Virus record (IMG/VR): IMGVR_UViG_3300022918_000180
Reading direction: 5' to 3' (one strand)
DNA length: 64,000 nt
From: a virus
Below are positions 38,325 through 46,175 of the stretch, piece after piece (the stretch's first letter is position 1; each line of letters starts with the position of its first letter). A program made the position numbers and the translations under genes. The notes under the pieces are model-generated. The model was not told the DNA's origin, made no database searches, and saw nothing but the letters and a program-made list of their open reading frames with translations.

Positions 38325-39593
38325 ATGAGCACCGAAACTCTCGAACCGCCTGCCGCCGAACCGGCGGAAAATCTTTTTGCCCAGTTGGATAGCCTGCTGG
38401 CCGGCGACTACTCCGACGATCCCCCACTGGAGACCGAGCTGGCGGTTGACCCTCCACCTGCAAAAGAGGACGCCCCTCCGGTTGAAGCTGACAAGAAGCC
38501 CGATGACGAGGCCCCGCCGGCCGAGCCCTCACCCAAACCCGGTTCCTTCAAAGCCCTGAAGCTGGAGAAGGAGCGTGAGATGGCCGAGACCAAGGCCAAG
38601 TATGAAGCTGATCTGGCGGAGGCCAACGAGCGTGCTGCGAGGTTTGAGACCGAGGCCAAAACCCACGCGGAGAAGGTCGGCTCGGCGGAGGCACTGCGGC
38701 TGGCCCATGAGAAGGAGCTGACCGAATTGCAGCAGAAGATCGTCGCTGAATACGAGACGCCCTACTCCCTGGAGTATGATCCCGATGCTCAGAAACCACT
38801 GGCGGATCTGCGCGAGTCCGAGAAGATGCTCGACCACGCCGTGCGTCAGGCCGCCACCAGTCTCGGCTCCAACCAGCAGGCGGCCAACGCCATCTTCCAG
38901 AACAAGAAACTCTTCGCCGGTGTCCTCGGGTCCATGGCCCAGGGGCTGACTCCGGACGTGGAACACGCCGACTATCTGGTCACGGAACTCGGGAAGATGG
39001 GAGTGGCGGTCTCCGCCGAGGATGCGAGGGACGCGGTGCGCGGACTGAAAACCGCCGTGCCCCAACTGGGCCGCTATCAGGACATCACCCAGTATCTGAA
39101 GAACCTGCAGGCCAAAAACGAGCCAGAGTGGACCAACCAGCAGGCCGCCCGTCACGAAGCCTACCGCCGCGAGGTGTTGAAGCACGCGGACGTGGCGGAC
39201 GATGCCGCGGAGGGCGATGACGCCACCATGGCGGCCATTCTCAAAGCCAACCCGGAACGCCGGACGAAGTTGCAGGCCGAGGCCGACCGCCTGAGTGCTC
39301 AGATCATCGGCCCCGCGCCCGGCAAGGCTACCGCCGCCGCCGTCCGCGCCGCGCCGCAGGTGCTCCATCAGAACGCCGTCAAAGCCGCGCGGCTGCCAGT
39401 GGCTCTGGAAGCCTACCGCGAGACCTCCGCGGAGAACGCCACTCTCAAAGCACGGGTCGCGGAACTGGAGGCGCGCATCGGCAAGGAGTCCGGCGGCATC
39501 CCCAAACCCGCGGGCACCGTGACGCCGGTGAAGGCCACGCTCTCCGGCAAAAATCTCGATGACGAGCTGAAACGCGCGTTGGAAATGAAATGA
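38325..39593 (+). CDS. capsid scaffolding protein (probable)
   Basis: Acidic Pro-rich N-terminus, long coiled coils, basic C-terminus; between portal and TerL. Confidence 0.55.
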   Translation: MSTETLEPPAAEPAENLFAQLDSLLAGDYSDDPPLETELAVDPPPAKEDAPPVEADKKPDDEAPPAEPSPKPGSFKALKLEKEREMAETKAKYEADLAEANERAARFETEAKTHAEKVGSAEALRLAHEKELTELQQKIVAEYETPYSLEYDPDAQKPLADLRESEKMLDHAVRQAATSLGSNQQAANAIFQNKKLFAGVLGSMAQGLTPDVEHADYLVTELGKMGVAVSAEDARDAVRGLKTAVPQLGRYQDITQYLKNLQAKNEPEWTNQQAARHEAYRREVLKHADVADDAAEGDDATMAAILKANPERRTKLQAEADRLSAQIIGPAPGKATAAAVRAAPQVLHQNAVKAARLPVALEAYRETSAENATLKARVAELEARIGKESGGIPKPAGTVTPVKATLSGKNLDDELKRALEMK

Positions 39594-41677
39594 GCATCGT
39601 CACCCGCATACCCTATCCTTCGGCGATTTTCGAGGACTTCGAGTTCCTCGTCGATCCGTTGCAGGGTATGACCTACCAGCACGAGTGGGCCACGAAGAAC
39701 AGACGCCCGTGGAATGCCGTTTCACAACTGGAGGCGGAGGCTGCCATCCTCCGGGAGTGGTGCGAGGACAACGCCATCCATCTGCCGGCCAAGCGGATCG
39801 AGTTCCACTACATCCGCTACGCCACGCTGTTGATGAGCTGGAAAACCCGCAAGGGTGCGCGGGCGTTTGACCCGGATCCGTGGTATCAGGAGAACGTCTG
39901 GTGCTGGTTCCGCTCGATGCGCGAAGACCGCGCGGGCTCCTGCTTTTTCGGCAACCAGAACCAGGGCAAGTCCGAGTTCTTTTGTCTGCAGGCGGTGTGC
40001 CTGGGGTGCCTCCACCCCCACAGCACCAACCAGATCATGATGGCGCCCGTGAAGCAGAACAACACGGTGGCGATTTGGGGGCGCTTCCTGGAAATTGCCA
40101 AGGGAGTTTCCCTCCACTGCAAGGCGCAGGTGGCGGCGCTCGGCGCGGACATCGACTTTGTGGAGTCCTCCGCGGTCATTTATTTTACAAAAACCCGGCC
40201 CGGCGGATTCATCCGCCTCACCGCCGCCTCCGAGTGCGGCGGCGTGCAGGGCACCAAGGAACGCGAGGACGGGTTCCTCGTCCACTATCTGGACGAGATC
40301 GGGAACGACTATCCGAAGGGTGGTGCCGGATGGCTGGCCACCATCCCCAACATCTCCTCGAATAACCGCTACTTCTGCATGCTCTCCGCCAACCCGCGCA
40401 ACCAGATCGGCGGTCTGGACAGCGAGATGGAACCCTACGAAGGGTGGGGGAGCCAGACCGAGAACGACTACTTCTGGAAGGCCGGGCAGCACAACATCAA
40501 CGTCTACCGGCGCGCGGGGCATCAGTCTCCCAACTTCCGGCACGAGGTGGGCGGGCTGCCCATCGACGAGGCCATGTCCACCCGCGACAAGGACCGCCGC
40601 GTGGGCCTGCACGGTCCCTACCCGTGGCTCTACAACGGCCGCCGCGAGGCTAAACTGCTGGCCACGGTCAGCGGCAACCGCAACGACCCCCGCTACAAGG
40701 AGCAGGCCCTGGGCATGATGCCCGCCATGAGTCTGACCCTGCGGGTGATCACCGAGGCGGACGTGAAGGCCAGCGGGATGGACCTGCCATTCCTGTGGGT
40801 GGCGGCCAAGGGCGAGAAGAACGTGATCATCCACCGAGTGGCGTTCCTCGACCCAGCGAAGACCGCCGGCGGCGACCGCAACGTGCTGACCCTGCTGGAG
40901 GTGGGGAGCCGTCTGGAGGGGGACCTGATCGTCCCGAACATTTTCATCCGCGAACAGATCGAGCTGGTGCCCACCGGCAAAAAGGTGGTGGATCACCAGT
41001 GGCTCCTCGATTGCTCGCGCATCCGGAAAAAGGAGCAGGGCAACGGCAGTCTCGGCGACCCTATTTCGTTTCCCCGGGAGCTGGCCATGCTCGCGGCCAT
41101 CCAGTGCAACGAGTGGAAGGTTCCATTCTCCCACTTCGGCTTCGATGACACCATGTCCGGCGAGGTGACCTTCGCCATGGCCTTCATCTTCGGGCAGGCG
41201 TGCGTGCCGCTGGCCTTCGGCGGCATCGCCAGCAAGCGCCCGATCACGCCCCGCAAATGGTTGGGCGAGGGCAAGGACCGGCAGCCGGTGCGCTACTGCG
41301 ACATTCACAAAAAACACGTCACGGAGCTTTACAGCCGCATGGCCCACTGGATGCGCGGAGGATACCTGCGCATGAACCAGGCGGCCAACGGCAAACCCGA
41401 CCGCTGGATCCGGGAGAGCATCCAGCGGCAGTGCAAGCGCCACAGCGAGACCGGTTGGGACGTGGAGACCAAGGCGGAATACAAGGCCCGCAAATATCAG
41501 GTCTCGCCCGACTTCGGGGACAGTCTCGTGGGGGCGCTGCACATGGTGGAGGTAAAAGGCATGTTGCGGGTTGAAGCTCCGGTCGGTGACGGCGATGATG
41601 ACTACTTCCCCAACCGTAAATCCTTCTCCAAGGACCTCACACTCTCCAACTTCCATTACGAACCTGCCGCCGCATGA
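39590..41677 (+). CDS. terL: terminase large subunit
   Basis: Walker A GNQNQGKS, Walker B HYLDE, SANP coupling motif, nuclease FLDPAKTAGGD and SPDFGDS. Confidence 0.85.
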   Translation: MSIVTRIPYPSAIFEDFEFLVDPLQGMTYQHEWATKNRRPWNAVSQLEAEAAILREWCEDNAIHLPAKRIEFHYIRYATLLMSWKTRKGARAFDPDPWYQENVWCWFRSMREDRAGSCFFGNQNQGKSEFFCLQAVCLGCLHPHSTNQIMMAPVKQNNTVAIWGRFLEIAKGVSLHCKAQVAALGADIDFVESSAVIYFTKTRPGGFIRLTAASECGGVQGTKEREDGFLVHYLDEIGNDYPKGGAGWLATIPNISSNNRYFCMLSANPRNQIGGLDSEMEPYEGWGSQTENDYFWKAGQHNINVYRRAGHQSPNFRHEVGGLPIDEAMSTRDKDRRVGLHGPYPWLYNGRREAKLLATVSGNRNDPRYKEQALGMMPAMSLTLRVITEADVKASGMDLPFLWVAAKGEKNVIIHRVAFLDPAKTAGGDRNVLTLLEVGSRLEGDLIVPNIFIREQIELVPTGKKVVDHQWLLDCSRIRKKEQGNGSLGDPISFPRELAMLAAIQCNEWKVPFSHFGFDDTMSGEVTFAMAFIFGQACVPLAFGGIASKRPITPRKWLGEGKDRQPVRYCDIHKKHVTELYSRMAHWMRGGYLRMNQAANGKPDRWIRESIQRQCKRHSETGWDVETKAEYKARKYQVSPDFGDSLVGALHMVEVKGMLRVEAPVGDGDDDYFPNRKSFSKDLTLSNFHYEPAAA

Positions 41678-42306
41678 ACAAGTGCCTCATCGCCCGCTCC
41701 GACACCTACGGGATTCCCGGCGGGTGGAGGCTCACCCATCCGGCTCTCGGCGGACAGACCATTCTCGAACGCTCGCCTGAGCACGCGGTGGCGGCACTGG
41801 AGGCCATGCTGCGGGTCAACAACTTCGCCACCACCCGTGACGACTTGTGGGCCTATGCGAACGGCGTGTGGGGCCGCGCGGTGATCGCGTCCGGGGAAGC
41901 CGACCGCTGGATGGGCGGCCCGTTGCCGGACGATACGCTCGCAGCCGCGGAGGCGCCGGCGTTCATGCGCCGGCTGCTCAACCCGAAGGACTACGGCGGG
42001 GTCCTGTGGGGCACGCTGCACCTGCTCCCGCTGGTCTGGACCAAAGATGCGTGGATGGCGCACATCGCGCTGATGACCAGGATCATCGAGCCCGGCGGTT
42101 ACGAGCAGGGCTGCCCAATCTGCGCGGCTCACTGGAAGAGCTTCCTGTCCACCACTCCTCCGGAGTTCATCTCGTCAGCGTCGGCGGCGGCGGACTGGTC
42201 CCTGCGGGCGCACAATTCCGCGAGCAGTCATGCCGGTCACCCGCAGTGGACGTGGCGCGAGGCCGCTGAGAAGTGGGGCTGGCCGGGCGAGTGGGAGGCG
42301 GAATAA
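41674..42306 (+). CDS. ERV1/ALR-family FAD-dependent sulfhydryl oxidase
   Basis: NPKDYGGVLWGTLH, CPICAAHW (CxxC-x2-H), DWSLRAHN..S..G..W: the complete Erv motif set; ATGA-coupled to terL. Confidence 0.78.
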   Translation: MNKCLIARSDTYGIPGGWRLTHPALGGQTILERSPEHAVAALEAMLRVNNFATTRDDLWAYANGVWGRAVIASGEADRWMGGPLPDDTLAAAEAPAFMRRLLNPKDYGGVLWGTLHLLPLVWTKDAWMAHIALMTRIIEPGGYEQGCPICAAHWKSFLSTTPPEFISSASAAADWSLRAHNSASSHAGHPQWTWREAAEKWGWPGEWEAE

Positions 42307-42308
42307 AA

Positions 42309-42348
42309 GACCCGCCCAATTACGCATCGTTGAGAGGCGGGGCGGGTC
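42309..42348 (-). terminator. intrinsic terminator between convergent units
   Basis: GACCCGCCC...GGGCGGGTC followed by TTTTATT on the minus strand. Confidence 0.5.
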
Positions 42349-42353
42349 AGAAT

Positions 42354-42460
42354 CGGTGAATGCGGGACGGAGTCGAACCGTCAACGACTGGTTACTGTCG
42401 CGTTTCGCCAGTCAGGCTCCTGTGTCTGCCCGCGTGTCAACCACCCACGCTGCCGCATTC
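42354..42460 (-). ncRNA. tRNA-like RNA 2 (8-bp acceptor, degenerate anticodon arm)
   Basis: GAATGCGG/CCGCATTC acceptor, GACGG-TTCGACT-CCGTC T arm, GCGTG/CACGC D-like stem, long GACTGG/CCAGTC arm; ends A-CCG. Confidence 0.6.
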
Positions 42461-42465
42461 ATAAT

Positions 42466-42540
42466 TGGTGGAAGCGAGCCGGGATTGAACCGACCTGGTG
42501 GCACCTTACGGCACCCCCGTCACCAGATTTCGCCGCATCC
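42466..42540 (-). ncRNA. tRNA-like RNA 3 (75 nt, encoded CCA)
   Basis: GGATGCGG/TCGCTTCC acceptor, GTCGG-TTCAATC-CCGGC T arm, A-CCA end; no canonical D arm or 7-nt anticodon loop. Confidence 0.6.
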
Positions 42541-42556
42541 GCCACCAGATAACGCC

Positions 42557-42709
42557 TCACAGGCGCCCCATCAAGAACAAAATCAGTAAAACCAGCAACA
42601 CGAGGCCCACGCCGCCGTTGACGTAGTGGCCGCCACCGTAGCCGCCGGTTCCGAAGCCACCGAGCAGGACGAGAACGAGGAGGACGATGATAATGGTGGA
42701 GAGGCTCAT
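42557..42709 (-). CDS. DUF3309-like small membrane protein
   Basis: MSLSTIIIVLLVLVLLGG..GY..GGVGLVLLVLLILFLMGRL. Confidence 0.7.
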   Translation of the reverse strand: MSLSTIIIVLLVLVLLGGFGTGGYGGGHYVNGGVGLVLLVLLILFLMGRL

Positions 42710-43041
42710 GGTGCTGGTGTATTTTGGGATTCCACAAAAGCCCGCCATTCGGGCACGGCATTGACGATGGCCCCGAAGGCCTGGGCGACGGTCCCGGTCG
42801 GATCGGACTCCAAGTGGCTGAAGAGCTTGCCGCTCGATAGGGTCAGCCTGGCGCTTTCCGGTCCGAGCTTGTTTAGTGCCCGGTTGTAGGGCATGAGTTC
42901 CATGGAGACGTGCCCGGTGTCGGGGTTCTCCTCGGTGGGCAGAGCGGTGACTTCAATCACCATCTTGGTGATGTAGAGTTCGTCGAATTCTTCCCTTTCG
43001 GTGGGAGGGATCACGAGGGGTTCAGAAAGGGCGATGGGCAT
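42706..43041 (-). CDS. hypothetical protein (possible fibre-associated chaperone)
   Basis: 111 aa acidic ORF downstream of the fibre gene. Confidence 0.5.
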   Translation of the reverse strand: MPIALSEPLVIPPTEREEFDELYITKMVIEVTALPTEENPDTGHVSMELMPYNRALNKLGPESARLTLSSGKLFSHLESDPTGTVAQAFGAIVNAVPEWRAFVESQNTPAP

Positions 43042-43064
43042 ATTTTTGGCAGGTTAAAATGGTG

Positions 43065-44060
43065 TTATCCGATGACCCAGTTAGTTCCATTGCTGTAAAC
43101 CGGGACGAAGTTCGCCCCGCCGCCGGCTACAGTGGTTCCGATATTGGCCCCTGTGTGGGCGACGGTGGCGTCGTTCACCCAGGTTTTTGCTCCCTTGGAT
43201 GAGGCTGCCGTGTATTTCAGAGCCAGAGCAGCGACGGTGAATTCGGAAATCTTGAGGAGATCCACCTCCCAACTCGCGTTAGCCGTATTCCCGGAATTAC
43301 GGGCACGACCAAAACCATCAGCGGAGGCGTCAACCCTGAGTCGGCCGTTAACTACTAATCCCCCCGAAGCAGACGCAATAATGGATCCCGAGGCTGAGAT
43401 TATATTGCCTGCTCCAATAATAGTCCCAGAAGCATTTAGAGCCCCGGAGCTGGTCACGCTAAAAACCGAAGCCCCTCCATTGACATGGCAATCCAGAAAG
43501 TTTCCCGCAAATCCTGATGGGGCATTGATGCCCAGCCAAGTTCCCGCCGTGGCCCAAGTTGTCGCCGCCGCGGTCCCCGCAGGCTGAATCAACCAATGCG
43601 GCATCGTGGTCGTTCCGGTGCCTCCGGTGAAGATGGTTCCGGTCGCAAAGATGGCGGGAGTGCTGGCGGCGGATGCTCCGGATAGCGTCCCCCGCGTAAA
43701 AGCCATGGTTCCCGGGGTCGTTGCGCCGGTGCTGGTTGGGTTGATCGCAGATCCATTGGCAAACGCCAGTGGGCCTGTTCCGGTTTCATCGGTGATGAGC
43801 GCGGCCAGTTGTGCGGAGGTTGTCCCGGCGAACTGCGCCAGTGTTAGGCTTTTGCGGGCAACCGATGAGTCAACGGCAACTGTCTGACCAACTATAGTGA
43901 TGCCGTCGCCAGCCACTGATCCGGACGGGGAGAGCCCGGCAGCGAGTTCGGCTAAACCCTGAAGCAAGGCAAACGTGTCCTGATCGATCCGGTTCAGTCT
44001 GTGCCGTTCCTGAACTTTTGACAAGGTGAAATTCAAAACGTCGTCAAGAAGAGAGGCCAT
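43065..44060 (-). CDS. tail fibre / appendage protein
   Basis: Gly/Thr/Ala-rich beta repeats; VAGDGITI, DETGTG and YSNGTNW fibre motifs. Confidence 0.65.
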   Translation of the reverse strand: MASLLDDVLNFTLSKVQERHRLNRIDQDTFALLQGLAELAAGLSPSGSVAGDGITIVGQTVAVDSSVARKSLTLAQFAGTTSAQLAALITDETGTGPLAFANGSAINPTSTGATTPGTMAFTRGTLSGASAASTPAIFATGTIFTGGTGTTTMPHWLIQPAGTAAATTWATAGTWLGINAPSGFAGNFLDCHVNGGASVFSVTSSGALNASGTIIGAGNIISASGSIIASASGGLVVNGRLRVDASADGFGRARNSGNTANASWEVDLLKISEFTVAALALKYTAASSKGAKTWVNDATVAHTGANIGTTVAGGGANFVPVYSNGTNWVIG

Positions 44061-44072
44061 TGTTTAGGTAAG

Positions 44073-44393
44073 TTAGAGAATTTCAGTCACAATCCAGTTC
44101 GTGCCGTTGGTGCGGACGGTCACTCTCGCGGCTCCGCCTCCGGTTACGGTTGCCCCAATGGTTGGAGCCAAAGCGTTGGTGACTTCAAAGCGGACGCGGG
44201 CGACGGCTCCGGGGGCGGGAAGTTGAGCAACGGTCCTTTCACCGAGCACGTAGCCGCCGAGATTTGCCTGGAACCCCGCCAGTTCACCGAGCCCCTTGAG
44301 AATGGCGTAGGTGCTCTGGTTGATGCGCGCGAGTTCGTGCCGCTCCTGCACTTTCACGAGCGGGTAAATCAGGGCGTCTTCGATGAGGGACAT
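44073..44393 (-). CDS. short paralog of the fibre protein
   Basis: Shares KVQERH.L.RI.Q.T.A.L.GL.ELA and IG.TV.GGGA..V.V..NGTNW with 43065-44060. Confidence 0.65.
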   Translation of the reverse strand: MSLIEDALIYPLVKVQERHELARINQSTYAILKGLGELAGFQANLGGYVLGERTVAQLPAPGAVARVRFEVTNALAPTIGATVTGGGAARVTVRTNGTNWIVTEIL

Positions 44394-44401
44394 AACGGAG
44401 A

Positions 44402-45016
44402 TCAGGTGAGCTTGGGCAGGGGCGCGGTGAAGCCGGCGGCGGCACGGATGTCTTTGAGCGGCAGCGCCGGTCCCGGGTCGTTCTTTCTTCCGGGGCTTAC
44501 GTCATCGTGGCCCACGACATCATCAAGATTGTAGCGTTTCACCAGCACTGCGGCGAGTTCCTTGCAGACGGCAACCTGCTCCGGGGTGTAGGCTTCCCAT
44601 TCCTGCACCGGGCCGCCATTCTTGTGGCGGGCTTTGACGGGGGGCAGTTTGGAATACCGCTCGCGGAGGTTTTTGGACTCCCCGCCATTGGCGATCTCGA
44701 TGCCGATGGAGCAGGAGTTCAGGCCGTCGTAACGCTTGCCGGTTTTGGGATCCACCCAAGCGGACTTGCCTGGGCCGCCGGCGTGGTCCGCGCGCTGGTT
44801 GAAGGGCAGGATCTGGTAAAGAGTGCCGTCGCGGTCGATGATGAGGTGGGCTTCGGCACCTTTGGCTTCAGGGCTGCGCCAGAATTCGACGGAGGACTTA
44901 GCAGAAGCCCCGCTGGTGAAGTGCAGGACGAGAAACCGCCGGATGTTCATCGCGGCCTGGCCCGGATATGGGAGGCGGATCGCGGTATCAATCCAATGGT
45001 CGGAGGTGACTTGCAT
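44402..45016 (-). CDS. endolysin, N-acetylmuramoyl-L-alanine amidase (Amidase_2)
   Basis: VLHFT, AHLII, HAG, NSCSIGIEI, VVGHDDV, RKNDPG motifs. Confidence 0.92.
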   Translation of the reverse strand: MQVTSDHWIDTAIRLPYPGQAAMNIRRFLVLHFTSGASAKSSVEFWRSPEAKGAEAHLIIDRDGTLYQILPFNQRADHAGGPGKSAWVDPKTGKRYDGLNSCSIGIEIANGGESKNLRERYSKLPPVKARHKNGGPVQEWEAYTPEQVAVCKELAAVLVKRYNLDDVVGHDDVSPGRKNDPGPALPLKDIRAAAGFTAPLPKLT

Positions 45017-45088
45017 TTGCCCAAAATGGCGGCCCCCATTGCTGAGGGCCGCCTGACTTTTCCTTTCGCCTTGGAGACGCGGGGAGTA

Positions 45089-45547
45089 TTAAACCGGATC
45101 TTCGCTGCCTGCAACGATTTCCGTGCCGTCCTGGGTGGGGACGGGCGGGGTCACCTCTCCGTCAACTGGCGGGGTGACGGGCTCGGTGGTCGCAGGGTCC
45201 TCCACTGGAGGGTCGGTGGGTTCGGTTGGTGCCGGCGGTGAGATTTTGTCACGCAGGCGGATGAGGGCTTCGTCGCGGACGGCGTTGGCAGCTTCGATGC
45301 CGCGGATGACTTCGCGGAGGCCGAGGTTTTCGTCAGCCAGCGGAGTGAGATCCTGAATGGCTTTTTCCAGAGCGGCTTTTTGGGAGTCGATGAGTTTGAG
45401 TGCATCTTCGATGATGGATACTTCTTCGGTGTCGGTGAGGGAGGCCATGATTTTTTGGAGTGGTGTTTGGGTTTTGTTATATCCCACAGCCTTCCCCAGC
45501 TTTACAAAAGCCTTGGCGAGCCGCGGGGAAATGATCGTGAAAGCCAT
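45089..45547 (-). CDS. coiled-coil protein of the lysis region
   Basis: Heptad segment plus Pro/Thr-rich tail; start could be 45448. Confidence 0.5.
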   Translation of the reverse strand: MAFTIISPRLAKAFVKLGKAVGYNKTQTPLQKIMASLTDTEEVSIIEDALKLIDSQKAALEKAIQDLTPLADENLGLREVIRGIEAANAVRDEALIRLRDKISPPAPTEPTDPPVEDPATTEPVTPPVDGEVTPPVPTQDGTEIVAGSEDPV

Positions 45548-45550
45548 GGT

Positions 45551-45751
45551 TCAGGGGGCAGGATCAACCAGCGCGGGAGTTTTATCACGCCCTTCTCCGA
45601 TTGGCAACGGAGGTTCTACAGGCTTGGGCTTTTTCGGACGGTAAATTTCCACGCCCACGCTGGCTTTGTCCCAACCAATTGTCGCCTTGAAAATGGTGTC
45701 GGCGCAGGACGACAGGAGCACGGTGAGAGCGATGGAGGCCAGCAGTTTCAC
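45551..45751 (-). CDS. small Pro-rich lipoprotein (o-spanin-like)
   Basis: Signal peptide with LSSC lipobox; Pro-rich mature part. Confidence 0.55.
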   Translation of the reverse strand: MKLLASIALTVLLSSCADTIFKATIGWDKASVGVEIYRPKKPKPVEPPLPIGEGRDKTPALVDPAP

Positions 45752-46170
45752 AGGGGCACCTCCACTTCGATCACGGCGAGATACGGCTCGGCACCGGCTT
45801 TGATCCCGATGGCCAGTTCCTTAATGATCATGCCGCTTTGGGACTGCCCGAGCTTCTCGGCAAACTGATTGTAGAGGGAGCCCAACCCGGCGGCGAGGAC
45901 CACCCAGTGGGCTTTTTTACCGGTCTTGGCGATGACGGCCGCCGTCACCTCCTTGCCCGTGGTTCCTTCCGTGGTCAGAAGCTCCAGTCCATTGGCGACC
46001 TCGTAGGCCATGCGGGCTTTGTCGGCGCGGTCCTCATCGGAGACGCCCTTGGCGAGCACCGCGGCGGTGGCAAGGGTCGAAGCCGGGGCGATGAACTGCC
46101 GGGAGGTGGTGGAGCAGGCCGTCATGGAGAACGGCAGCGTCAAAGCCAGGAGGATGGAGAGAGCGTTCAT
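45748..46170 (-). CDS. lipoprotein of the lysis region
   Basis: MNALSILLALTLPFSMTAC lipobox-type signal; helical mature part. Confidence 0.55.
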   Translation of the reverse strand: MNALSILLALTLPFSMTACSTTSRQFIAPASTLATAAVLAKGVSDEDRADKARMAYEVANGLELLTTEGTTGKEVTAAVIAKTGKKAHWVVLAAGLGSLYNQFAEKLGQSQSGMIIKELAIGIKAGAEPYLAVIEVEVPL

Positions 46171-46175
46171 GGATT

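Noticed and set aside
42354-42540. Assignment as tRNA-Sec, tRNA-Tyr or tmRNA
   Set aside because: No UCA anticodon; the GTA sits in a 6-nt loop without U33; far too short for tmRNA and no tag ORF
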